Source of the DNA: an archaeon
GTDB lineage: Archaea; Nanobdellota; Nanobdellia; Woesearchaeales; GCA-2686295
Assembly: GCA_043822105.1 (NCBI GenBank)
Contig: JBDRCD010000004.1
Span: 10,410 to 74,409, forward strand
Length of the DNA: 64,000 bases
Direction of reading: 5' to 3'
A model generated the notes under the pieces. That model saw only the letters and a list, made by a program, of their open reading frames with translations, did no database searches and was not told the DNA's origin. The first letter of the stretch is position 1, and each line of letters starts with the position of its first letter. Shown in pieces: positions 55,708 to 64,000 of the stretch. A program made the translations under genes and the position numbers.

Positions 55708-56289
55708 ATGGGAGAAAACGAATCTAAAGATGTGGTTCATCAACCGGTTATTAGTATAGATGAATTGGCCAGAAATATAGAGAAACATTTTAAGATAAAA
55801 TTTGTTGGTGTAGGAAATGAACTTGTGGGAGAAAGCGTAATATATTATTTAAATGAGGTTACTGATATATCTGTTCGTAGATTAAGAGATTATTTTAATA
55901 AAGATTTTATTTTTGAACCTGAAAAAACTGATTATGCAATTAGTCAGTTTGTTGAAAAACTAGGAAAAGATGAATTAGACGTTCCTGCACAAGGAATTAT
56001 TAGTGCTGAAAAATTTGAAGAAACTAAAAAAATTGAAGATCTTGAAAAATCTACAGGTCTTCCTGTTTATAAAAAGGACAATACTTATACAACTAAAGAT
56101 ATTGGTAATCCAATTCATCATCCAGATTTTGGTGATGGACACATAATCGCTGTTAATAATAAAACAAGTGTTGTTTACATAATATTTGGAGACACTAAGA
56201 AAACATTGGAAAAAAAGACTCTTCCAATGAAAAGAGAATTTAAGTATGTGACTAACACTATGAAACCTCCTAAAGTAGAATATCTTTAG
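55708..56289 (+). CDS. hypothetical protein
   Basis: 193-aa ORF downstream of eif2g with no recognisable motif. Confidence 0.45.
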   Translation: MGENESKDVVHQPVISIDELARNIEKHFKIKFVGVGNELVGESVIYYLNEVTDISVRRLRDYFNKDFIFEPEKTDYAISQFVEKLGKDELDVPAQGIISAEKFEETKKIEDLEKSTGLPVYKKDNTYTTKDIGNPIHHPDFGDGHIIAVNNKTSVVYIIFGDTKKTLEKKTLPMKREFKYVTNTMKPPKVEYL

Positions 56290-56325
56290 AAAAAATTTAT
56301 AAGTTAAATACTACTTGCTTTTTTC

Positions 56326-56811
56326 ATGTATGATCCAAACAAAGCACATTACATAATTGCAACCTGTATTCTTGTTAAGGATGGTAAATTCTTGATTACT
56401 AAAAGAGCTTCAACTGAGAAGACTTTTCCAGATGTCTGGACTGTTCCAGGCGGAAAACTAGAAGTTTCTGATTACAAGGACAAGCCAATGGATACTTCTA
56501 TTCACTGGTACAATATCTTTGAAGATCTTTGCAAACGAGAAGTTAAAGAAGAAGTTGGTCTCAAATTAAACTCTTCTAAATATCTTACAAGCATGGTTTT
56601 CATGCGAAAAGGGAAAGTGCCAACACTCATTGCAAGTCTTTATTCTGAAGATTTCGAAGGAGAAATAAAACTTTCTGAAGAAATGTCTGAATATGCTTGG
56701 GTGACTTTAGAAGAAGCAAAAGATTATGACTTAATTGAAGGTATCTATGAAGAACTTGAGATGCTTGACAAAGTTTTAAAAGGAGAAAATCCAAAAGAAT
56801 GGAGGAAGTAA
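56326..56811 (+). CDS. NUDIX hydrolase
   Basis: Nudix box GGKLEVSDYKDKPMDTSIHWYNIFEDLCKREVKEEVGL. Coordinates are from the ORF track. Confidence 0.75.
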   Translation: MYDPNKAHYIIATCILVKDGKFLITKRASTEKTFPDVWTVPGGKLEVSDYKDKPMDTSIHWYNIFEDLCKREVKEEVGLKLNSSKYLTSMVFMRKGKVPTLIASLYSEDFEGEIKLSEEMSEYAWVTLEEAKDYDLIEGIYEELEMLDKVLKGENPKEWRK

Positions 56812-56812
56812 A

Positions 56813-57109
56813 ATGACCTGTTATACAATACCTGCAACTGCAGCAATAATACATTTTTTTATGAGAAAGAATATAAAATTATTCAGATTTAGCAAATATC
56901 ATCTGTGGCTGAACCAACTGCTGGTTGGCGGCGCAGTCTTTGGAGTTGTTGATCATTGGTGGAACGGCGAACTATTATTGTTCGGAGAAAACATTGTTTC
57001 AGATTTGCTTTTAGGAATAACAATAACTATAGCTATATTTTTCATTGCAGGAATAATGATGCTTGTTGACAAAGCAAGTGTTAAGAACTCTGTGAAAATA
57101 GAAAACTAA
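56813..57109 (+). CDS. small 2-TM membrane protein
   Basis: Two hydrophobic helices. It is separated by a single nucleotide from the NUDIX gene. Confidence 0.35.
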   Translation: MTCYTIPATAAIIHFFMRKNIKLFRFSKYHLWLNQLLVGGAVFGVVDHWWNGELLLFGENIVSDLLLGITITIAIFFIAGIMMLVDKASVKNSVKIEN

Positions 57110-57128
57110 ATAATAAAAAGAATTAAAA

Positions 57129-57551
57129 CTATTTAACCAGCTTTAACTTGAACTTCAATGTTCTTCCAGCAAGCGGATGGTTTAAATCTATTTTTACAGT
57201 GTCTGTTGTAACGCTGACAATCCTTGCAGGAATCTGCTGGCCATCAGGTGTTCCCATGATGAGCATCATGCCTGGTTTTGGTTCCTGATCTTTTGGAAGT
57301 CTGTCTCTTGGAACATCTCTGACTAAATCATTGTGTGGCATTCCATAGCCTTCTTCTGGTTTGATGGTGACTTCTTTTTCTTGACCGACTTTCATGCCAA
57401 TAATTGCCTTGTCAAAGCCTTTAATAACTTTACCAGTTCCGGCTTCGAATTCAAGTGGCTGACCGTGTTTTTCAGAAGCGTCGAAAACAGTGCCATCTTC
57501 AAAACTGCCAATGTATTCTATTTTTACTTTATCTCCTTTTTTTACAACCAT
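57129..57551 (-). CDS. FKBP-type peptidyl-prolyl cis-trans isomerase (SlyD-like)
   Basis: VKIEYIGSFEDGTVFDAS...GQPLEFEAGTGKVIKGFDKAIIGMKVGQEK. Confidence 0.85.
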   Translation of the reverse strand: MVVKKGDKVKIEYIGSFEDGTVFDASEKHGQPLEFEAGTGKVIKGFDKAIIGMKVGQEKEVTIKPEEGYGMPHNDLVRDVPRDRLPKDQEPKPGMMLIMGTPDGQQIPARIVSVTTDTVKIDLNHPLAGRTLKFKLKLVK

Positions 57552-57802
57552 AATATCACTCCTTAGAACTTTCAGATTTAAGTGACTTTTTTAAGTCTTT
57601 TGGTATTTTTTATTCCAAAGCCCAAAAATATTTTATTTTTGTTTGTTTTGTTTTTGTCGTTTGTGATTTTTCTTAACTCTTTAATTCACTTCTTCGCCAG
57701 GTTTATAAAGAGTTGTGACTTTCCTAATCACAATCAAACATCAAAAGGTGATAAATAACAAAAATCAAACACGATTTTTGAATTTTTACCGGAGGCAAAA
57801 AC

Positions 57803-58135
57803 ATGACAAATCTAGTACATATAAATCAGAAAAACTTTGAAAAAGAAGTGAACAAAACATCGACGCCAGTAATAGTGGATTTTTGGGCAGAATGGTGTGC
57901 TCCCTGTAGGATGATGGGACCAGTATTTGAAGAACTCAGCGCAGAGTATGAAGGCAAGTTGAAATTTGCAAAACTCAACACAGAAGAACAACCAGAACTA
58001 GCTGGACAGTTTGGCATTAGAGGAATTCCAAGTCTTTTGATAATGAAGGACGGAAAAGAAGTTGACAGAATAGTTGGCTTCGCACCAAAAGAGATGCTGA
58101 AACAAAAGATAGATGATATACTAGAAAACATCTAA
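57803..58135 (+). CDS. trxA: thioredoxin
   Basis: WAEWCAPCRM active site in a 110-aa protein. Confidence 0.9.
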   Translation: MTNLVHINQKNFEKEVNKTSTPVIVDFWAEWCAPCRMMGPVFEELSAEYEGKLKFAKLNTEEQPELAGQFGIRGIPSLLIMKDGKEVDRIVGFAPKEMLKQKIDDILENI

Positions 58136-58136
58136 A

Positions 58137-58526
58137 ATGACAGTCAAAATAGAGATTTTTACAAGCCCTACTTGTCCCAATTGTCCCCCTGCCAAAAACT
58201 TGGTAAGGGATATTGGGAAAGAAGTAGAAGATGTAAGAGTCGTTGAAACAACAACTGCAACAAAGCAGGGTTCAAGAAGAGCCCAGAGTCTGCATGTTCT
58301 GGCCGTACCAACAATATTTGTGACAGGACCTGAATTTGACAGAATGGGATTCAGAGGAATGCCTCCCAAACAAAGGCTTCTAGACGCGATAGCAATCGCA
58401 AAAGGAGAAAAACAATGGGAAGAACCAAAGACCTTGATGCAGAAGCTAAAACAAAAATTAGAAATTTTTGGTCATTTTTCTTTCAGAAAAATAAAGGAAA
58501 AAATTCCAATAAAGATAAAATTTTGA
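58137..58526 (+). CDS. glutaredoxin-like thioredoxin-fold protein
   Basis: TSPTCPNCPPAK CxxC motif at the N-terminus. Confidence 0.6.
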   Translation: MTVKIEIFTSPTCPNCPPAKNLVRDIGKEVEDVRVVETTTATKQGSRRAQSLHVLAVPTIFVTGPEFDRMGFRGMPPKQRLLDAIAIAKGEKQWEEPKTLMQKLKQKLEIFGHFSFRKIKEKIPIKIKF

Positions 58527-58536
58527 GGTACTTAAA

Positions 58537-59775
58537 ATGGAAGAAAATATATGGCAAGAAGCACTTGATCAATTCAACAAAGCAGCAAAGATTCTAAAAT
58601 TGGATGAGTCGGTGATTGAGATACTGACAAATCCAAAGAGAACAATACAGGTGTCAATACCTGTTAGAATGGACAACGGAAAAATCAAAGTGTTTCAAGG
58701 ATTCAGAACACAGTTCAATGATTTCAGAGGACCAACCAAAGGGGGCATAAGATACCATCCGAACGTTAGTCCAAATGAAGTGAAAGCACTTGCATTTTGG
58801 ATGACGTGGAAAAACACTGTGGTTGACGTTCCATTCGGAGGCGCAAAAGGCGGAGTCATATGTAATCCAAAAGAAATGAGTGAAGGAGAACTCGAAAGAC
58901 TCAGCAGAGGATACATCGAAGCAATGCACAAATTCATTGGACCAGAAAAAGATATTCCTGCACCGGATGTTTATACAAATCCTCAAATTATGGCATGGAT
59001 GGTTGATGAATATCATCGAATTGAAGGACACAATGTCTTTGGAATGATAACCGGAAAACCGCTTGAACTTGGAGGTTCACAGGGACGAGGAGAATCAACT
59101 GCTCAGGGAGGAGTATTTGTATTGGAAGAAGCACTGAAAGCTTTCAATATGAAGAATCCGAGTATTGCAATCCAAGGATTTGGAAACGCAGGAATGACTG
59201 CAGCAAAGCTGATGTCAAGAAATGGCTATAAAATAGTTGCAGTATCAGACTCAAAAGCAGGAATATATAATCCCCAAGGACTGGACGTGAAAAAAGTTAT
59301 TGATTATAAAATTAAAACAAAAAGCGTCAAAGGATACACGGATGCAAAGGAAATTTCAAACGAAGAAATCCTTGAACTAAACGTCGATGTTTTAATACCT
59401 GCAGCACTGGAAGGAGTAATCACAGACAAAAATGTTAAGAATGTTAAAGCAAAGATAATACTGGAACTTGCAAACGGACCAGTAAGTGCCGAAGCAAGGG
59501 AAAGCTTATATAATAATAAACAATACTCAATACCGGACATCCTGTCAAACTCAGGTGGAGTTGCAGTGAGCTACTTTGAATGGGTTCAAAATAACATGGG
59601 ATATTTTTGGAGCGAAAGCGAAGTTGTGGAGAAACTTAAGGTCAAGATGCACAGTGCATTTGACAATGTTTATGAAACATCAAAGAAACACAATGTTGAC
59701 TTTGGAACTGCAGCCTACATTCATGCAATCCAAAAAATGGTTAAAGTATTGGAACTAAGAGGTTATATAAAATGA
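58537..59775 (+). CDS. gdhA: glutamate dehydrogenase
   Basis: GGAKGG catalytic lysine region and the nucleotide-binding motif GFGNAG. Confidence 0.9.
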   Translation: MEENIWQEALDQFNKAAKILKLDESVIEILTNPKRTIQVSIPVRMDNGKIKVFQGFRTQFNDFRGPTKGGIRYHPNVSPNEVKALAFWMTWKNTVVDVPFGGAKGGVICNPKEMSEGELERLSRGYIEAMHKFIGPEKDIPAPDVYTNPQIMAWMVDEYHRIEGHNVFGMITGKPLELGGSQGRGESTAQGGVFVLEEALKAFNMKNPSIAIQGFGNAGMTAAKLMSRNGYKIVAVSDSKAGIYNPQGLDVKKVIDYKIKTKSVKGYTDAKEISNEEILELNVDVLIPAALEGVITDKNVKNVKAKIILELANGPVSAEARESLYNNKQYSIPDILSNSGGVAVSYFEWVQNNMGYFWSESEVVEKLKVKMHSAFDNVYETSKKHNVDFGTAAYIHAIQKMVKVLELRGYIK

Positions 59776-59827
59776 CTCAACAAAAATTTTCAATTTTTGA
59801 GTTCCATAATTTCAATGAGGTGAAATT

Positions 59828-60769
59828 ATGAAATATGATGTAATTATAATTGGAGCAGGCGCAGCAGGAATGACTGCTGGATTGTACACTGGTAGAAAAA
59901 ACCTGAAAACACTGATAATAAGCATGGATGTGGGAGGACAGACTTCCATACCGAGTAACATCGAAAACTATCCTGGATTTGACGGCATCAACGGATATGA
60001 ACTGATGACCAAGTTCCAGGCCCAGACGATGAAATGGGGTGCTGAAATGATTACAGGAAAAATCAAAACAGCCGAGAAGAAAAAGAACATCTACAAAGTA
60101 ACCCTTACAACAGGTGATTTCTACGAATCAAAAGCATTAATTCTTGCCTTTGGAAAAACACCCAGAAGCATGGGGATTCCAGGCGAAGAAAAGTTTATGG
60201 GTAGGGGTGTTTCAACATGCACAACATGTGACGCACCGCTTTACAAAAATAAAACAGTTGCAATTGTTGGTGGTGGAAACTCAGCACTAGGTGGAGCCTG
60301 GGAAATGAGAGACATCGCAAAAAAGATTTATCTTGTACATCGAAGAGACGAATTTAGAGGCGACGAAGTGGAAGTTGAAAGAGTAAAAAAACTTCCAAAC
60401 GTAGAATTTGTACTAAGCAGTGTGCCAGTCGAAGTAAAAGGAAAAGACTTTGTAGAAGAATTTGTCGTTGAAGATGTTAATACAAAAAAACAGAGAACCC
60501 TAAAAGTAGACGGAGTATTCGTTGAAATAGGATTTGTCGTAGACAGTGAATTTGTCGGAAAGCTCGTCAAAAGAAACAAGCAAAACGAAGTCATAACCGA
60601 CAAGAACTGCCAAACATCAGACAAAGGAATATTCGCATGCGGAGACGTAACAGACGTTCCATTCAAGCAGACAGTAATCTCAGCAGGTGAAGGAGCAAAA
60701 GCAGCACTGCAATGCTACCATTACCTAAGCGATGCGAAAGGCGTCGTTAGTATTGATTGGGATCACTAA
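59828..60769 (+). CDS. trxB: thioredoxin-disulfide reductase
   Basis: FAD motif DVIIIGAGAAG, the redox-active CTTCD, and the NADPH motif GGGNSA. Confidence 0.85.
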   Translation: MKYDVIIIGAGAAGMTAGLYTGRKNLKTLIISMDVGGQTSIPSNIENYPGFDGINGYELMTKFQAQTMKWGAEMITGKIKTAEKKKNIYKVTLTTGDFYESKALILAFGKTPRSMGIPGEEKFMGRGVSTCTTCDAPLYKNKTVAIVGGGNSALGGAWEMRDIAKKIYLVHRRDEFRGDEVEVERVKKLPNVEFVLSSVPVEVKGKDFVEEFVVEDVNTKKQRTLKVDGVFVEIGFVVDSEFVGKLVKRNKQNEVITDKNCQTSDKGIFACGDVTDVPFKQTVISAGEGAKAALQCYHYLSDAKGVVSIDWDH

Positions 60770-61321
60770 GTCATATGCATTCTTTTCAGTTAATTTCTTT
60801 CCAAGAACTACTGAGTTAGGTAGAGTTTCAACGTACTTATGTATTTTGAAGTTTTTGTCTTCAGTGTAACCTAATCTTTTATACCATGATAAAGCTCTGT
60901 TGTCCTTAAAAGTTCTAAGTCCAATTTCGTCTATTTCTCTGTCGTGGAAAGCCGCGGTTCTAACTAAAAATTCTGCTTTTGAACCTAACATCATATTTCT
61001 ATACATTTCTTGAATATGTATGTTGACTATATGAGCAGATTCTTCATAATATTTAGCTTGATAGAACCCTGCAAAATTAGAACCAAACTCTATGACTTTT
61101 GTGGCGTGTGGTTCAAATTCTTTTTTGAATATTCTTGAATCCCAACCTCCCCAGTGTTTGTCTATAAAAGGTTTTAAATTATTCTTTGCAAGAGTATATA
61201 TTAGTTTATAGTCTTCTTCTTCGTAAGGCCTGACAAAAATACCATGTCCTTCTCGAAGGTTTTTTATCATTGCTTCTTCTAAATTAATAAATATGTTCTT
61301 TGATACTGGTTTTTCTTTCAT
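60725..61321 (-). CDS. GNAT-family N-acetyltransferase (putative)
   Basis: C-terminal NRALSWYKRLGY and a GNAT-like beta/alpha pattern. It overlaps the trxB 3' end by about 45 nt. Confidence 0.5.
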   Translation of the reverse strand: MKEKPVSKNIFINLEEAMIKNLREGHGIFVRPYEEEDYKLIYTLAKNNLKPFIDKHWGGWDSRIFKKEFEPHATKVIEFGSNFAGFYQAKYYEESAHIVNIHIQEMYRNMMLGSKAEFLVRTAAFHDREIDEIGLRTFKDNRALSWYKRLGYTEDKNFKIHKYVETLPNSVVLGKKLTEKNAYDLVIPINTNDAFRIA

Positions 61322-61322
61322 T

Positions 61323-62735
61323 TCATTTCACCTGTTTATATTTTTTAAAAGGAAAAACTCCAAAATTATCTGGAGTTTCTTTACCATGTTTTTTACCTGC
61401 AGAAAGCATTTTTTCTCTTACATCTATTATTTCTTCAAAACTTGCGTCAGAGTTATATTTTACCATCAACTTCATCAATAATGGATAATCAATTTTTAAT
61501 GCAGTTCTAGGATTTGCATTTAGTTCTTCATTGTGGATTGCTAAATAATGTTGCTGGTATTCAGAAACAAGTTTATCATTTTTTAACAAATCATTAAATA
61601 GTTGTGCACCTGGCGTTGGAACAACGATGTCTGTATACAATTTTGTCAAGTGTGAATATCTTTCTGTAGCTATTTCAACAAATTCTAAATTTTTCCTAAG
61701 AGATTCTGATGTTTCACCTTTCATGCCGAGTAGAAGTGGAACGTAGAAATTAATTCCAAGACTTTCTAGCATGTCATACTTGGTAAGAATGTCATCAAAA
61801 TTATCATAGTTAATATCAAATCTCTTATTTGCCAAAGTTAATACTTTTTCATCAACACTTTCCAGTCCGATGAAGAAGTCTCTTAATCCAAGTTCTTTAA
61901 GTACTTGCATTGTTTCTAAATTAACTGCTGGAAAATCTCCATAGAATCGAAATTGATTATGTTCTAAATCTTTAGGCCTTGCTTCCAAAATATTTTTAGG
62001 ATAATCTCCAATTAAGAAATCATCACCTGTTTCAAAGAAATATTCTATATTATAATTATCATTAAAAGTTCTAATCATCTCCCAGAAGTTTTTAGGCTTG
62101 AGAACTTTTACAGAGTTGTAAGGAGTTGCACAAAATGAGCAAGCTTTAGATTTCTTTGCTTTTATGCAACCTCTAGTTGTTGAAATGGGAAAAGGAGTTA
62201 TTTTATCAATGTTATAATCAGGATTTGTAGAGTCCCATTGTGTTAAATTCTCTTTGAATGAATCGAATGAAATATTAACTAATTCGTTTATATCAAAAGG
62301 CTTGTTCATATATCCACCTGTTATCCCCAATCTAAGAACATCAATTACTGACTTTTCGCCGTATTGTCTTACAACAATGTCTGCAAGACTATTCATAGTT
62401 AACTTTCTTCCCATTGCTTCTCCGTTTACATTTCCAAATATTATTCTAGAACTAGTTGTGATTCTTGTGTGGGTTGCGAGTTCTACACTATTATCATGAT
62501 TGAAGAACAAGTCACTGAACCCAACATAATCATAATTTTTTTCAATTTCCTTCTTTATTTCTTTTATTTTAGTATACTTTCCATCGATAGTTTTTACCTC
62601 AATGTGAGGCGTTTCTTGATTTATTATAGACTCTAAAGTTGCTAATGCAAGTGATGGTGGCTCCTCAGTATATCCAGAATCAAGAACTGCATGATCCTTA
62701 TCGTGAGGACTATGAATTAGAAGTATGTTTGTCAA
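61323..62735 (-). CDS. B12-binding-domain / radical-SAM-like protein with CX8CX2C motif
   Basis: N-terminal ILLIHSPH... B12-like start, [14 protein letters not shown], and an IGLES (GIES) motif. Its stop lies 1 nt before the GNAT start. Confidence 0.5.
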   Translation of the reverse strand: MTNILLIHSPHDKDHAVLDSGYTEEPPSLALATLESIINQETPHIEVKTIDGKYTKIKEIKKEIEKNYDYVGFSDLFFNHDNSVELATHTRITTSSRIIFGNVNGEAMGRKLTMNSLADIVVRQYGEKSVIDVLRLGITGGYMNKPFDINELVNISFDSFKENLTQWDSTNPDYNIDKITPFPISTTRGCIKAKKSKACSFCATPYNSVKVLKPKNFWEMIRTFNDNYNIEYFFETGDDFLIGDYPKNILEARPKDLEHNQFRFYGDFPAVNLETMQVLKELGLRDFFIGLESVDEKVLTLANKRFDINYDNFDDILTKYDMLESLGINFYVPLLLGMKGETSESLRKNLEFVEIATERYSHLTKLYTDIVVPTPGAQLFNDLLKNDKLVSEYQQHYLAIHNEELNANPRTALKIDYPLLMKLMVKYNSDASFEEIIDVREKMLSAGKKHGKETPDNFGVFPFKKYKQVK

Positions 62736-63105
62736 TTTTATCGCCTGCTTTTTCTCCCAGATATCTTACGAATCTGTTTCTTTCATCGACAAGAATATTT
62801 CTTGGAACTATTCTCTTCTTGGTTGTTGCAAACCCCATGATTATTACTTCATCACCAATTTCAACTTTTCTTGCAGAAGCTCCATTTGAGCATATAACTC
62901 CCGATCCCCTTTCACCTTTGAGAACATATGTAAACCATCTTTCTCCATTGTTATTGTTAACTACCAGAACTTGCTCATTTTCCCATAAGTCGACTAAGTG
63001 TAATAAATCTTCATCTATTGTGATACTCCCAACATATGCAAGGTTTGCACCTGTTATAGTTGCTTTATGTATCTTTGACTTGAGCATGGTTCTCATTGTA
63101 ATCAC
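62710..63105 (-). CDS. panD: aspartate 1-decarboxylase (pyruvoyl-dependent, bacterial type)
   Basis: [10 protein letters not shown]...[12 protein letters not shown], with the GS cleavage site at YVG-S, and [16 protein letters not shown]. Confidence 0.85.
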   Translation of the reverse strand: MITMRTMLKSKIHKATITGANLAYVGSITIDEDLLHLVDLWENEQVLVVNNNNGERWFTYVLKGERGSGVICSNGASARKVEIGDEVIIMGFATTKKRIVPRNILVDERNRFVRYLGEKAGDKIDKHTSNS

Positions 63106-63195
63106 TGAGAAGTTAACTTTTTATATTAATCTAAACCTTACTTTTTTTCTGAAAAAGGTAATATTTAAATAAAAATTCCACTTTCTAATAAAATT

Positions 63196-64000
63196 ATGAT
63201 GGAATTGGACTTAATTGACCGAAAGCTTATGCACGAACTTGACTTTGATGCAAGGCAATCCTACTCACAATTGGCAAAGAAAATCAGAGTTAGTCAAGAA
63301 GTAATAAGGTACAGACTCAAAAGACTTATTGATAACAAAATAATAGATGCTTTTCTGACAATAGTTGACATCGGAAGACTAGGACTTTTTCACTATGAAG
63401 TATACTTTCGGTTCCAGCATGTCTCTGGAGAAAAAGAGAAAGAAATAGTTAAATTTCTAATGGATTCATACAATGTTTTGTGGTTATGTAGCTGCACAGG
63501 TCATTTTGATCTTGTATTTTCAGTAATTGCAAAGAACAACATCGATTTTTCAAATATTATTTCAAGAATAACTAACCTATACGGAGAATTTATTTCAGAA
63601 AGAAATGTACAATCAACGATTAAAATTCCTCACTTCAATAGGGCATATCTTCTAAATAAGAAAGAAGTAAAAGAAGTGACCTTTGGAGGAACCTACAAGA
63701 AAAAAGTAGATATAGACAGAATAGATTTTAAGATTCTAAAAACAATTAGATACGATGGAAGAATGCCAATAACAGAGATTGCAAAGAAAGCAAGGATTAC
63801 AATAGACATTGCAAAATACAGGCTGAGAAGGCTTAGAAGAACAGGAGTAATTCAGACATTTAGACCATCATACAACAAGAAGAATATGGGCTACACAATC
63901 CACCAGACACTTTTTAATTTCAAGAATCTGAATGAATCCCTGAAAAACAAGTTCATAGAATTCGTGAAAAAAACATCAAACACAGTTTATGTTCTTGACA
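63196..64000 (+). CDS. Lrp/AsnC-family transcriptional regulator, apparently tandem-duplicated (partial, runs off the window)
   Basis: HTH segment LDFDARQSYSQLAKKIRVSQEVIRYRLKRL, then a second copy DFKILKTIRYDGRMPITEIAKKARITIDIAKYRLRRL. ATG at 63196, hand-derived. Confidence 0.75.
   Translation, partial: MMELDLIDRKLMHELDFDARQSYSQLAKKIRVSQEVIRYRLKRLIDNKIIDAFLTIVDIGRLGLFHYEVYFRFQHVSGEKEKEIVKFLMDSYNVLWLCSCTGHFDLVFSVIAKNNIDFSNIISRITNLYGEFISERNVQSTIKIPHFNRAYLLNKKEVKEVTFGGTYKKKVDIDRIDFKILKTIRYDGRMPITEIAKKARITIDIAKYRLRRLRRTGVIQTFRPSYNKKNMGYTIHQTLFNFKNLNESLKNKFIEFVKKTSNTVYVLD

Noticed and set aside
1-64000. Integrase, transposase or IS elements and prophage genes flanking the accessory region
   Set aside because: No recognisable tyrosine or serine recombinase, DDE transposase, capsid or terminase motifs were seen in any frame. 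The accessory region seems to be a variable chromosomal surface-protein island, not an obvious mobile element.

Overview
This is a low-GC window (~33-35% by eye) that looks archaeal and is probably from a DPANN-type, host-associated lineage. The archaeal markers are TFS/RpoM, a class-I CCA-adding enzyme, aIF-1A, aIF-2 gamma, ribosomal protein uS7, a Sec11-type signal peptidase, Ogg2-type glycosylase, Taw1/Tyw1 and geranylgeranyl reductase. The first ~29 kb is mostly housekeeping: a thyA-folA-glyA operon flanked by folC, dCMP deaminase and two P-loop kinases; DNA repair genes nth and ogg with an embedded RelE-like toxin; a MoxR/ChlI AAA+ plus VWA pair; and one intron-containing tRNA. From ~29.4 to 51.6 kb the content is accessory. 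It holds several signal-peptide and Cys-rich secreted proteins, including two CCGDD-repeat proteins and a PKD protein, plus a HEPN/MNT pair, a RelE/antitoxin pair and an archaeal LspA. This stretch ends with a 2559-aa giant surface protein built from ~25 tandem 38-aa Cys repeats, MopE-like CxGxDxDCDG repeats and a CARDB-like tail. Two genes look N-terminally truncated or split: a Hel308-like helicase lacking RecA1 and a Dph2 lacking its first domain. The last ~12 kb carries two divergent B12-binding/radical-SAM-like proteins with non-canonical Cys motifs, one abutting a GNAT gene, then bacterial-type panD, a thiol-redox cluster (trx, grx-like, gdh, trxB) and an Lrp/AsnC regulator. I found no CRISPR array and no obvious integrase or transposase. 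All functional calls rest on motif-level reading of the translations and are not database-verified. In at least one place hand-counted coordinates disagree with the ORF track by 1 nt, so hand-derived positions should be taken as +/-2 nt.
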